Below the pieces are notes generated by a model, which saw nothing but the letters and a program-made list of their open reading frames with translations, was not told the origin of the DNA and did no database searches. The translations under genes and the position numbers were made by a program. From NCBI GenBank assembly GCA_964357175.1, contig CAYHJU010000002.1, positions 598-64,597 on the forward strand: DNA of 64,000 nucleotides, read 5' to 3'. Positions 10,270 through 20,064 of the stretch are shown one piece after another (the first letter of the stretch is position 1; the number at the start of each line of letters is the position of its first letter). The DNA comes from an uncultured Candidatus Saccharibacteria bacterium. Its GTDB lineage: Bacteria; Patescibacteriota; Minisyncoccia; GWC2-36-17; CAYHJU01.

Positions 10270-10496
10270 ACCCTGTTTATTTCTTGTTATTATCTGTTTA
10301 AAATTAACTAATAAATGTTCCTTAAATAAAATTCAACCTATAAATCAACTGGTTTTATGTTTTAATAAACATTTTATCAACAAAATATTAGTTATTCATA
10401 CCCCATTTTATCAAGTAAATTAACCAAAAAAGAACTTTTTAAACTTATCAACATCCCCAATATACAACTACAACAAATATTTAATTAATTATTATT
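10270..10496. other. Probable oriC (dnaA-dnaN intergenic)
   Basis: DnaA-box-like TTATCAACA at 10374 and 10445 (also 8675 upstream of dnaA), CCCC then ACA/ACT trinucleotide run resembling DnaA-trios, AT-rich stretch. Confidence 0.75.
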
Positions 10497-11603
10497 ATGA
10501 TACAAGTCACTTTTACCAAAGATAATTTAATAAAAGGTTTACAAAAAGCCGAAAGATTTACTGGCAAAAACACAACTCTGCCAGTTTTATCTTCGGTATT
10601 ATTAAAAGTTGAAAAAAATAAAGTAAAGCTATATTCCACAGATCTTGAGGTGGGTGCAATATTTGAAGTTTCAGCTAAAACAGAAGAAACAGGTAGCGTG
10701 ATTATTCCAATTAAAAGCGTGATTCAATTTGTACAGAATATAAATAATTCCAATGTAATTTTTAAAATAAAAAAAGATAAATTGATAGTTGAGGGAGATA
10801 ATTACAAAACCTCATTTAATTGTTTAGAGGCGGAAGATTTTCCCGTTATACCGGACAACATAAAAGAAAAATTAATAAGCACAGAATCAGATAAAATGTT
10901 GGAAGGACTAATTAACACGGTTTCCATAATAAATTTTAATTCCAGTCGGCCTGAAATTTCCGGAGTTTTTATTTGTACTCAAAAAAACAGCATAAAGTTT
11001 GTTGGCACTGACAGTTTTAGATTAACAGAGATAGAAACTGCAATTGAACAAAAAAATGAAAAAGAAACATCTTTAATAATACCTTTAAAATTAGGACAGG
11101 AGCTGATAAAAATTTTCCAAGAAGAAAAAAACGAAATTGATATTTATTCAAACCAACATCAAATAATGGTTAAAAGTAAAAACTTTACGATAGTTTCACG
11201 CTTAATTGATGGTTCGTACCCACCCTATGAACAGATAATTCCACGCAATAATAAAACTAAGTTGATTTTAAATAAAAATTCTTTTAAAAAAGGATTAGAG
11301 ATGGCCAGTGTTTTCAGCGGAAAAACGAACGACATGAAATTTTCTTTTGATTTTGAAAAAAACATTTTAAAAATTTATTCTCAAAATAATGAAGTGGGTG
11401 ATTTCTCTTACGAAATAGATTTTGAAGGAGAAGGAGAGAGTCAGGAAATAGTTTTAAACTGGAAATTTTTTCTGGACGGTTTGAATAAAATTGAGGAGGA
11501 AAAATTTATTTTGGAAATTAACAGCGTCATTAGTCCAGTTATTATAAAAGGTCTAAAAAACAGTCACATGCTTTATCTCTTAATGCCCATAAGATCGGTG
11601 TAA
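10497..11603 (+). CDS. dnaN: DNA polymerase III beta clamp
   Basis: STDLE, GTDSFRL, SRLIDGSYPPYEQIIP, LLMPIR. Confidence 0.97.
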   Translation: MIQVTFTKDNLIKGLQKAERFTGKNTTLPVLSSVLLKVEKNKVKLYSTDLEVGAIFEVSAKTEETGSVIIPIKSVIQFVQNINNSNVIFKIKKDKLIVEGDNYKTSFNCLEAEDFPVIPDNIKEKLISTESDKMLEGLINTVSIINFNSSRPEISGVFICTQKNSIKFVGTDSFRLTEIETAIEQKNEKETSLIIPLKLGQELIKIFQEEKNEIDIYSNQHQIMVKSKNFTIVSRLIDGSYPPYEQIIPRNNKTKLILNKNSFKKGLEMASVFSGKTNDMKFSFDFEKNILKIYSQNNEVGDFSYEIDFEGEGESQEIVLNWKFFLDGLNKIEEEKFILEINSVISPVIIKGLKNSHMLYLLMPIRSV

Positions 11604-11631
11604 TTTATAGCCAAAATTTAAACTCTAACAC

Positions 11632-11910
11632 ATGTGGAATTCTTTAAATGATATTTTGCTTAAAAATAAACAACCCCAAATTAATGAAAAGGACATAAAA
11701 TTTTTCATTAATAATTATTTTTCAAGAAACTTTAGGGGCGTTTTGGAGGATTACGACGTGCTTTTAGAAGGTAAAAATATTATTATAAAAATACATGCTC
11801 AAAACCCACTAATATTTAAAGAAATATTAAACCGGAAACAAGAAATAAAAGAAAACATAGAAAGCGAGCTCAAGGTTAAATTTTCCTCCATAGAGATAAA
11901 AATTTTTTAA
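11632..11910 (+). CDS. Small protein, possibly DciA/DUF721-like
   Basis: 92 aa after dnaN; IKIHAQNPLIFKEILNRKQEIKENIE pattern. Confidence 0.45.
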   Translation: MWNSLNDILLKNKQPQINEKDIKFFINNYFSRNFRGVLEDYDVLLEGKNIIIKIHAQNPLIFKEILNRKQEIKENIESELKVKFSSIEIKIF

Positions 11911-11957
11911 TAAGATAAATAAAATCTCCGCACTGCTAAGTGGTGCGGGGATTTTAT

Positions 11958-14144
11958 TTATGGGCGTACTCCCAACCATTCATTTAATCCGTTTTCCCAA
12001 TTATCAAACTGGGGGTCAAGGCGTGGATTAAGCGGTGCAGGGCCTTGAGGGTCGTCTTTTTGTACATAATAAAGAGTGTTGTGCATTTCATTAACAACCC
12101 TTTCTTCTATTTGATCGGGTGGAGTATTTTCGTCAGCAATTTTTCCTGTTCTTTTATCTATTAAAATCGTATTTTGTTGCGTAGCGATTCCGTTAAGTAT
12201 AGGTTTTGTGCTTAAAATTTGATCAGGCGTTATGAAGTTTGTGTGTGGAAGATTTTCTAGGGCTGATAACATAATTTTATGGAAAATGGGTCCAGCCGCA
12301 GATATGCCGGCGCCCTCTTTGGTCATGGAGTCGCCGTTATTGTTTCCTACCCAAACCCCAACGACTATCTCCGGGGTATATCCCACAAGCCACGCGTCGC
12401 GATTGTTATCAGTAGTACCAGTTTTGGCGGCTAGTGGAATATCTTGAAAATAGAGATAGCTATTTGTTCCAAACATTGGTGCGCGTGCGATATTGTCTGA
12501 CAAAACATCTGTCACTTCGCGAGCCGTTTGAGGTTCTATGATTTTTTGGGGCGAGGTTTTATATTCAAATATCGTCTGGCCTTTTGAGTCAACTATTTTT
12601 TGAATCATAAAATAAGGCACGCCAACTCCTTCATTTGCAAAAACCCCATAAGCCTGAACCATTTCAATTAACTTAACTTCACATCCTCCCAAAACCAAAG
12701 AAAGCCCACACTGTGAATCGGTGTTGATGGTAGATATTCCAAAAGAATTGGCCAATTTAATAGTGTTATTTACTCCAGCCAGATACAACACTTCCACTGA
12801 AGGAACATTTAATGATTGAGCTAAGGCGTTTCGCATAGTCACTGGTCCGCGAAATCGCAGATCATAATTTTTTGGCATATAAGGAGTCGCTCCTGGTTCA
12901 GCAAAATTTATCGGTACATCAAAAAGTATGGTGCTGGGGGTGTATCCTTTGACAAAGGCCTGGGCATAAGCCAGTGGCTTGAAAGATGATCCTGGTTGTC
13001 TCAGTCCTTGAGTGGCAACATTAAAATTTCCTTCAAACTTGCAACTTTTTCCGGGTACGCAATTGACAGGGAGAGAGGGGGCGAAATAATCTCGCGATCC
13101 TATTAAAGCCAAAACCTCGCCTGTTTTTGGATTTTCTGCCACCATCGCCGCGTTAAAGGCATTATAGGCGCTTTCGTTTTTTTGCGCGCCTTCTAACACA
13201 ATTTTTTCAGCGTTTTTTTGCAGATTGTAGTCTAGCGTTGTGTAAACTTTAAGGCCTAGCTGATCAACTTGGGAGGCACCAAACATTTTTTCAAGCTGGT
13301 TTTTAATTTCCAAAACAAAATGTGGGGCCAATAAACTTTCGGTTTGTTGTGTAAATTCTATTTTTTCAGATAGCGCCTTTGATTTTTGTTTTTCGTTAAC
13401 AAAACCCAACTCTCCCATTCTGCTTAAAACATAATCCTTGCGGCTAAAAAGCTCCTGGGTGTGTGTTCCATAAGGAGAAAAATAGCTCGGTGCTTTTATT
13501 AAAGAGGCCAGTAGCGCCGCCTCATTTAAACTCAAATCTTTAGCATGCTTATTAAAAAAAGCTAAGGAAGCTGACTCTGCTCCATAGCTACTGGAGCCAA
13601 AAGGCACTTGGTTTAAGTACAGGGTTAATATTTCCTCCTTGGAGAAGCGTTTTTCTAGTTGAATTGCCAAAAGAGCCTCCTTGATTTTTCGTATAAGGGT
13701 TTTTTCGGGAGACAAAAAAGCATTTTTTACAAATTGTTGGGTAATAGTAGATCCTCCCTGGTCCATGTTTTTATTGGCGATATCACTAAGGGCGGCTCTT
13801 ATTATGGAGGATATGCTTATGCCGCTGTGACTATAAAAACCACCATCTTCGGCAGCCACTACGGCATCTTTTAGAAATTGGCTGATATTTTCAGAGTTTA
13901 CTACCGTTCTTTTTTCTTCTTTATGCACATCATAAAGAAGAATTTTGCCTGTGCGGTCATATATTTTAGTGGACTGTGTTATAGAGCGGCTACTTATTTG
14001 AGCGGGATCCGGAAGCGTTTTTATTAGGTATACCAAAAATATCAAAACAGAAATTAAACAGATTGTAACCAAAAACAGGGACAGAACAAAAAAAATGTTT
14101 TTATTTCCAAACACGTTATTTTTAAATTTCTTGAGGATATTCAT
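11958..14144 (-). CDS. Class A penicillin-binding protein (PBP1A family)
   Basis: AAEDGGFYSH, GGSTITQQFVKN, RQPGSSFKP, SLN, KTGTT. Confidence 0.95.
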   Translation of the reverse strand: MNILKKFKNNVFGNKNIFFVLSLFLVTICLISVLIFLVYLIKTLPDPAQISSRSITQSTKIYDRTGKILLYDVHKEEKRTVVNSENISQFLKDAVVAAEDGGFYSHSGISISSIIRAALSDIANKNMDQGGSTITQQFVKNAFLSPEKTLIRKIKEALLAIQLEKRFSKEEILTLYLNQVPFGSSSYGAESASLAFFNKHAKDLSLNEAALLASLIKAPSYFSPYGTHTQELFSRKDYVLSRMGELGFVNEKQKSKALSEKIEFTQQTESLLAPHFVLEIKNQLEKMFGASQVDQLGLKVYTTLDYNLQKNAEKIVLEGAQKNESAYNAFNAAMVAENPKTGEVLALIGSRDYFAPSLPVNCVPGKSCKFEGNFNVATQGLRQPGSSFKPLAYAQAFVKGYTPSTILFDVPINFAEPGATPYMPKNYDLRFRGPVTMRNALAQSLNVPSVEVLYLAGVNNTIKLANSFGISTINTDSQCGLSLVLGGCEVKLIEMVQAYGVFANEGVGVPYFMIQKIVDSKGQTIFEYKTSPQKIIEPQTAREVTDVLSDNIARAPMFGTNSYLYFQDIPLAAKTGTTDNNRDAWLVGYTPEIVVGVWVGNNNGDSMTKEGAGISAAGPIFHKIMLSALENLPHTNFITPDQILSTKPILNGIATQQNTILIDKRTGKIADENTPPDQIEERVVNEMHNTLYYVQKDDPQGPAPLNPRLDPQFDNWENGLNEWLGVRP

Positions 14145-14295
14145 AATATATTAATTCTAACCAAAAACAGCTCTTTTTCAAGGCTTGTTCTGGTAAATAA
14201 AGAGACTCTCTTTTTTATTACGTCAAAAAATGTTTGTATATCGTTGCGGAAATATTAAAATTATGATATTCTAAATTCATCTAAACTCAAAAAAT

Positions 14296-15513
14296 ATGAC
14301 AAAGATAGATGTGGCTAAAATTGAAGAAGCGTTGACTAGGTCAATTGATACGGTATATCCAGATAAAAAATCTTTGGAAGGCGTTCTTAAATCCGGCAAA
14401 AAATTGAGAATTTATGTGGGCATAGATCCAACTGCCACCTATGTGCATTTAGGACACTCTACTAATTACATAATTTTAAAAAGATTTCATGAATTAGGGC
14501 ATAAAATTATAGTTTTAATCGGAGATTTTACCGCGATGATTGGAGACCCCAGCGATAAAAGTGCCGCTCGCAAGCATTTAACTAAAAAGGAAGTTTTGCA
14601 AAATCTTAAAACTTTCAAGCAACAGATTGGCAAAATTCTTAATTTTTCCGATAAAAAAAACCCGGTAGAATTAAGATTTAATTCCAAATGGCTGGCAAAA
14701 TTAAATTTTGAAGACGTGGTTGCTTTGGCGTCTAATTTTACGGTTCAACGAATGCTTGAAAGAGATATTTTCGAAAAGCGCATTAAGGAAAACAAACCTT
14801 TATATGTGCATGAATTTTTCTATCCGTTGATGCAGGGCTATGATAGTGTGGCGTTAAATGCCGACATTGAACTTGGCGGAACCGATCAAACGTTCAATAT
14901 GTTGGCTGGTAGGAATTTAGTAAAGATTTATCAAGGCAGAGAAAAGTTTGTCATTGCCTCCACTTTGCTAGAAAATCCTGTAACAGGTGAAAAATTAATG
15001 AGCAAAAGTTTGGGCACGGGCATAGCGTTAAATGATGAACCTAATGAAATGTTTGGTAAAACAATGACTTTGCCAGACGAAGCGATAATTCAATGTTTTA
15101 TTGATTGCACTTATTTATCAATGGACGAAATTCACAAAATGGAAACCGATCTAAAAAATGGCATTAATCCGCGTGACTTAAAACTAAAACTCGCTTATGA
15201 AATTACTAAAATGTATCATTCGGAATCCATCGCTAAAAAAGCGCAAGAATATTTTATAAAAACTTTCAGCAAGAAAGAAATGCCCAGCGAAGATGAAATG
15301 CCAGAAATAAAAGTCAAATCTCAAAATATCGTGGATATTTTAGTTGAGACAGGACTAGCCTCATCAAAATCTGAAGCTAAAAGATTAATTTTACAAAAAG
15401 GGGTGTCGCTCAACCAAAAAGTAATTGACAATTGGCAAGAGATTGCTAAAATAAGCGAAAATGATGTTTTGAGGGTGGGCTCCAGGAGATTTGTGCGTTT
15501 AAAATTAAAATAA
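14296..15513 (+). CDS. tyrS: Tyrosine--tRNA ligase
   Basis: GIDPTATYVHLGH, YPLMQGYD, GGTDQTFN, KLMSKS, C-terminal S4 domain. Confidence 0.97.
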   Translation: MTKIDVAKIEEALTRSIDTVYPDKKSLEGVLKSGKKLRIYVGIDPTATYVHLGHSTNYIILKRFHELGHKIIVLIGDFTAMIGDPSDKSAARKHLTKKEVLQNLKTFKQQIGKILNFSDKKNPVELRFNSKWLAKLNFEDVVALASNFTVQRMLERDIFEKRIKENKPLYVHEFFYPLMQGYDSVALNADIELGGTDQTFNMLAGRNLVKIYQGREKFVIASTLLENPVTGEKLMSKSLGTGIALNDEPNEMFGKTMTLPDEAIIQCFIDCTYLSMDEIHKMETDLKNGINPRDLKLKLAYEITKMYHSESIAKKAQEYFIKTFSKKEMPSEDEMPEIKVKSQNIVDILVETGLASSKSEAKRLILQKGVSLNQKVIDNWQEIAKISENDVLRVGSRRFVRLKLK

Positions 15514-15610
15514 TCCGGCACCTTCTGAATAATTTTATTTACAAAAAGACAGGCGATAAAGAACGGTGTTTCTTGGAGTTTAATATGTAGCAAAACAAGA
15601 AGATGCCGGA
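15514..15610. repeat. 97-bp IR-bounded element (TCCGGCACCTTCT...AGAAGATGCCGGA)
   Basis: 13-bp arms with one mismatch, starting immediately after the tyrS TAA. Confidence 0.6.
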
Positions 15611-15658
15611 CCAAAGGTCGACACATTCATTTTTACTTGCTAAAACTTAGAATAATTT

Positions 15659-15754
15659 ACCCCCACACCTAATTAATACAAAACCTTTAATTAAGATTTT
15701 TGGGAAAATGTTACCTAAATTTTAATACTTTGCGTGTTAATTAGGTGTGGGGGT
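15659..15754. repeat. 96-bp ACCCCCACACCT-family element, 18-bp perfect arms
   Basis: Arms 15659-15676 and 15737-15754. Confidence 0.85.
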
Positions 15755-15766
15755 TTAGCATAAATT

Positions 15767-15967
15767 ATGGCAGAAGACCAACAAGATGACGCTTTAAATG
15801 AAGATGGAATGGCTGGATGGGGTTCTAGTGGCGAAAATAGTGATCTGGATGGTGGTACAAGCGTTAAAAAAACAAAAAAAGTGTCAGATGACGAAGATGA
15901 TGATGGCGAATTTTCAATAGACGATCCTGATACGGACGACGAACTAGAGGACGAAGAAATAGTGTAG
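15767..15967 (+). CDS. Small highly acidic protein
   Basis: 66 aa, D/E-rich, followed by hairpin. Confidence 0.6.
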   Translation: MAEDQQDDALNEDGMAGWGSSGENSDLDGGTSVKKTKKVSDDEDDDGEFSIDDPDTDDELEDEEIV

Positions 15968-15971
15968 TTTA

Positions 15972-16005
15972 AACCCCCCCCACCTACACGTAGGTGGGGG
16001 GGGTT
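15972..16005. terminator. Perfect GC hairpin between convergent genes; arms resemble the ACCCCCACACCT family
   Basis: aaccccccccaccta-cacg-taggtggggggggtt. Confidence 0.6.
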
Positions 16006-16036
16006 GTATAAAATTCAAAGTGGAAAACTTATGCTT

Positions 16037-16519
16037 TTACCTTTTTAGGTTTACATTTGTTTGTGCTAGGCAAATGGCTATAGCTATCGCATCTGCGGCG
16101 TCGTCCGGTTTTGGGATTTCTGACATTTTTAAAATTACCTTAACCATTTGTTGGACTTGTTTTTTTTCTGCCCTGCCATATCCTGTCACAGCTATTTTTA
16201 CCTCAAGGGGCGTGAACATATAAATGGGCAGGCCAAAACTTTCACACTCTGCCAACATCACTCCTTGGGCTTGAGCAACCTCAATTACCGTCTTAGCATT
16301 TTTTTGAAAAAATATTTTTTCCATTGAAACAAGATCAGGTTTATATTTTTTTAATAATTCCTGCAGTTTGTTTTTTATAAAAAAAAGCCGCTCATTTTGT
16401 TTTTTTGTTTTGGGCAAATCCAAACACCCATATGATACTAAAGATAAGATGTTTTTTTGCTTATCCAAAACTCCATATCCTACCAAAGTTGTTCCTGGGT
16501 CAATTCCTAAATATCTCAT
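16037..16519 (-). CDS. ruvC: Holliday junction resolvase RuvC
   Basis: LGIDPG, EKIFF, VTGYGRAEK, PDDAADAIAIA. Confidence 0.97.
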   Translation of the reverse strand: MRYLGIDPGTTLVGYGVLDKQKNILSLVSYGCLDLPKTKKQNERLFFIKNKLQELLKKYKPDLVSMEKIFFQKNAKTVIEVAQAQGVMLAECESFGLPIYMFTPLEVKIAVTGYGRAEKKQVQQMVKVILKMSEIPKPDDAADAIAIAICLAQTNVNLKR

Positions 16520-16537
16520 AATTATAGTTAAATAAAA

Positions 16538-17263
16538 TCAATCGGTGGCCGACATGTTGGTCGTTACCTCTTGAACGTCGTCCATATCCTCGAGTTTTTC
16601 TATAAGTTCTTCGTTTTTTATTAAATCCTCTTTGTTTATAGTGGCCAAGTTTTTCGGCACAAAACCCAAAGACGAAGATTTTACTTTAATTCCTAAGTCG
16701 TTCACGTTTTTTTTCAACACCTCGGTATTTTGGGGATTTGTGACCAGTAAAATTTCTTCTTCAAAATCAAAAACGTCATCCGCCCCGGCTTCTATGGCCT
16801 CGAGCTCTAAATCTTCATGATTTTTATTTTCAGGATCAACGAGCACTTTTCCTACTTTTTCAAACATCCACAAAACAGAACCTTCGTTGGCCATTTTTCC
16901 TCCGCTAAGCTCCAAAACATGCCTTATCTCAGGAATGGTTCTATTTCTATTATCTGTGATGGCTTCAATTATTAAAGCGGTCCCGCCCGGGCCATATCCT
17001 TCAAGTAAAATTTCTTGAAGTTGGGCGCTTGTTCCTTTGCCAACACCCCTATCAATAGCCCGTTCAATATTTAAGGCGGGCATATTTACCGCGCGAGCCC
17101 TATCTATGGTCAGGCGCAACTTGGCGTTGGACGATGCGTCACCTCCACCTTCACGCGCCGCAAGAGCTATAACTTGGCCCATTTTGGTAAAAACCTTGGC
17201 TCTCTTTACATCCTCAACTCCCTTTTTTCTTTTAATTTGTGACCATTTAGAATGTCCAGACAT
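16538..17263 (-). CDS. yebC: YebC/PmpR family protein (start MSGHSKW at 17263)
   Basis: MSGHSKWSQIKRKK, EGYGPGG, TDNRNRT, LEDMDDVQEV. Confidence 0.95.
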   Translation of the reverse strand: MSGHSKWSQIKRKKGVEDVKRAKVFTKMGQVIALAAREGGGDASSNAKLRLTIDRARAVNMPALNIERAIDRGVGKGTSAQLQEILLEGYGPGGTALIIEAITDNRNRTIPEIRHVLELSGGKMANEGSVLWMFEKVGKVLVDPENKNHEDLELEAIEAGADDVFDFEEEILLVTNPQNTEVLKKNVNDLGIKVKSSSLGFVPKNLATINKEDLIKNEELIEKLEDMDDVQEVTTNMSATD

Positions 17264-17331
17264 ATGTAAGTAGTTAGAATCTAGCAAATAGAAGTTTATA
17301 AAAATTTTACAGATCCCGCTTACTATTTTCT

Positions 17332-17964
17332 TTATTGATTTTGTCTTTTTTTGGCTATATAAATCATCGCCAGTCCCGACACAAGAACAATTCCTGAAAT
17401 AACCCAAACCACAATCACAAAACTATTTCCAGAAGATGAAGGAGCTTGCTTGATAGATGGTGTGGGCGACAAAGACACGGCGCCCGGCTTTAGTTCGCAG
17501 TCGCTGGGACAATTAACTTTTGTTTCTCCTAAAGATGCCTCGCAGGTTTTATTATAATTACACAAATTCCAAATTGATAAAGAAATCATTTTTTTTCCAT
17601 TTTCGTTAGAGATTTCCGCACGATCAGTTTTTTCGTCAAAAGGTGTAACAATCGTTACAACGCCATTTTTTATTTCTGAATTACTTCCGCGTTGGTCTAC
17701 TCTTGCTGAAATTAATAGGTTGTTATTCTTGTCATAAAGCGAAGCGGTGTATAGGGCATAAGACCTGGCAGGAGAAACAAAATTGGCAGTGGACGGCTCT
17801 ATTGTGAGCTCTGAAAACTCCTCTCCGTCCAATCTCAAATTTCCATTTTCATAATAAAGATGCAGCAAAAAAGATCCTTGATATTGCTCGGCTGCAAATA
17901 ATTGTGTGGCCGAAGAAAAAAAGAATAAAGTCAAAAGAATTAATGTTATTGTATTTTTTTTCAT
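17332..17964 (-). CDS. Secreted, C-terminally anchored protein with small Cys-rich module
   Basis: Signal peptide, CNYNKTCEASLGETKVNCPSDC, C-terminal TM plus basic tail. Confidence 0.7.
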   Translation of the reverse strand: MKKNTITLILLTLFFFSSATQLFAAEQYQGSFLLHLYYENGNLRLDGEEFSELTIEPSTANFVSPARSYALYTASLYDKNNNLLISARVDQRGSNSEIKNGVVTIVTPFDEKTDRAEISNENGKKMISLSIWNLCNYNKTCEASLGETKVNCPSDCELKPGAVSLSPTPSIKQAPSSSGNSFVIVVWVISGIVLVSGLAMIYIAKKRQNQ

Positions 17965-17969
17965 AGAAA

Positions 17970-18845
17970 TTAAGGTCGAACACTACAGGTGGTTATGTGA
18001 ACATGTCCTCCTGTTGATTGCGAGGATGCGCTGGCTGGATATCCTGGACAATCAAATGAATACTCATTTTTTATACGAGAAGGACCAACAATATTTCCTG
18101 CTTGTTGCATAAAGCTACAGGCGTTTGACTGAGAAAAACCGGAAAAATCTAGCGCGCAGCCAGTTTGGTGAAATGATCTTGAGCTATGGTATCCCAAGGC
18201 GCCGCTTACTATGCCTCCAAGTTGTTTGGCGACCGGGATCATAGAGATGGTTGCCCCGGAGTTCGTATAAGGCTTATCTTGTCGAACTTGAACTGTTATG
18301 CCTGATATTTGGGTGCAGGCAGAGGCATAATTAGGGTTATCGTATCGACAATTGGATGATCCGCTAAGGCTTGGCTTGGGCGATCCATCAGGGCTACCAG
18401 TATTATTTAAACTTCCTGGCGTAGGTGGCGCTTGGCAGGTGAAAGAGAAAAATCCTCCGCCGCCTGTTGGTTTTGCAAAAATAGTTAAAGCGGTATTTAT
18501 CACCAGCCAGCTGGAGTAGATTATTAACAAAGAAAACACTACGCTTTTTAGAATAGTTTTTCCCGTCTCAAGTCTTGTGGTAGAATCACCGGCTGTAAGT
18601 ATAAAAAACCCGGCGACCGCCACCATTACCGAGGCCAAAGCCGGCGTTACCTCAAAAGTCAGAAAATCATATATATTTTTAGTCAGATGAAGAATTTCGC
18701 AAAAAGTGCAAGGCGTATATCCTTGGGCGGATGTCCCACAAGGAACCAAGGGTAACCAACTCACAGCTGAAACTCCGCCAGCTATTAGGAGTCCAAAGGC
18801 CAAGGTTAGAGCGAAGGCTAAAAATTTTTTATTTATACCCATCAT
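17970..18845 (-). CDS. CPR pilin-like protein fused to a peptidase M15/LAS-like domain
   Basis: LVPCG...CTFC plus two pilin TM helices; C-terminal H-x6-D (HQTGCALD) and HxH (GHVHI). Confidence 0.7.
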   Translation of the reverse strand: MMGINKKFLAFALTLAFGLLIAGGVSAVSWLPLVPCGTSAQGYTPCTFCEILHLTKNIYDFLTFEVTPALASVMVAVAGFFILTAGDSTTRLETGKTILKSVVFSLLIIYSSWLVINTALTIFAKPTGGGGFFSFTCQAPPTPGSLNNTGSPDGSPKPSLSGSSNCRYDNPNYASACTQISGITVQVRQDKPYTNSGATISMIPVAKQLGGIVSGALGYHSSRSFHQTGCALDFSGFSQSNACSFMQQAGNIVGPSRIKNEYSFDCPGYPASASSQSTGGHVHITTCSVRP

Positions 18846-18903
18846 AATTTATATTTTATCATTTTTAGGCTCCAATGTCGATAAATCTCCGCGCCCTCTA
18901 AAA

Positions 18904-20055
18904 TTAAATTTTCAAAAATAGAAAGAAAGCGGCGGCGGCTGATACTCCGGCAACAACAAACCCCCAGAACATGGTTTTTTTAGGTAAGGATGAAAATTTT
19001 TGAAAAAGGTTATTAGACGAAAATAAATTTTCTAATTTATCCGAGAGCTTGTCCTGCGAAGCGCTTAAATTTGTAGATGAAGAACTTCCAGACTTGAGTC
19101 CGTAGACGTTTAAAAGAGATTCGTTATTGTTTGTATTTGGAGATTTGAATGATGGGATTGCGCCTTGAGATGACGAAGGCCCGCCTATTGGCGGAAAAGA
19201 AGGGTAAGTATAATTTGGGTAAGCCAAGGAGGGGGCGGGAGTTATTTGGGGCGCAGGAGACAAGCTGGCCGACGGGGGAGCCGAATAACTTGGACTTGGC
19301 ACAAAGGACGGCGAGGGTGAGTGTATTGCGCTTGGAGAGGGCGTGGGACTGGGTGAGGGCGATAATAATGCCGAGGGAGACACAGGCGGGCTGGGCGATG
19401 GACTGGGGCTAATACTGGGCGACGGACTGGGGTTTGAAAAAGTATTCTCCTGACCAGGAGTTCCGCCTGTTTGCAAACTATCCTGCCAATTAGAAGGTGT
19501 ATTATTGTCTCCAGCAAGATTTATTTTTGATAAAGATTTTCCGTTGCCATTTCCACCCCAGGCATTTTGATAGATGACTTCATCCAGTGTGTTTCCGTTG
19601 CCATCTATTATTTTTAAAGTAGCGGATGTGTTATTTAAATTTATAGCTGATTTAGTTAAATTCCCAGAAAAAGTTGGATAACTTGTTAGAAAAGTAGATG
19701 TGGCTTGGGCAACAACTAAAAATTCTCCCGGATTAATATTTAACGATCCCATTGTTGGATCGTTTAAATAATGATTTGAGCCATCATAAAATCTAAAAGA
19801 CCCGGCACCTGATCCGGACACGATATTAACCGCGCTGTCGCCTATATTTTTTATCTCTACCCACTCTCTGCCTGTGTCGCTTCCCGGAGATGGTGCGTCA
19901 TACATTATTTCCGAAATTACCAAGCTGTAAGCGCGCGCGTTTAAAACTACAAAATTGCTCAAAGCGCATAAAATTAGAGCTCCAAAAAAGACCCTTTTAA
20001 AACTATCTGCACTTTTCTTATCTGCGTGCAATATTAACGCCTTGGTTTGAATCAT
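18904..20055 (-). CDS. Lamin-tail-domain surface protein with Pro/Ser-rich linker and C-terminal anchor
   Basis: VISEIMYD...EWVEIKN...GTPGQEN; (SP)n tract. Confidence 0.85.
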   Translation of the reverse strand: MIQTKALILHADKKSADSFKRVFFGALILCALSNFVVLNARAYSLVISEIMYDAPSPGSDTGREWVEIKNIGDSAVNIVSGSGAGSFRFYDGSNHYLNDPTMGSLNINPGEFLVVAQATSTFLTSYPTFSGNLTKSAINLNNTSATLKIIDGNGNTLDEVIYQNAWGGNGNGKSLSKINLAGDNNTPSNWQDSLQTGGTPGQENTFSNPSPSPSISPSPSPSPPVSPSALLSPSPSPTPSPSAIHSPSPSFVPSPSYSAPPSASLSPAPQITPAPSLAYPNYTYPSFPPIGGPSSSQGAIPSFKSPNTNNNESLLNVYGLKSGSSSSTNLSASQDKLSDKLENLFSSNNLFQKFSSLPKKTMFWGFVVAGVSAAAAFFLFLKI

Positions 20056-20064
20056 AATAAGTAA

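Noticed and set aside
19230-19435. GC-rich repetitive tract as a mobile or regulatory repeat
   Set aside because: It simply encodes the (Ser-Pro)n linker of the lamin-tail protein
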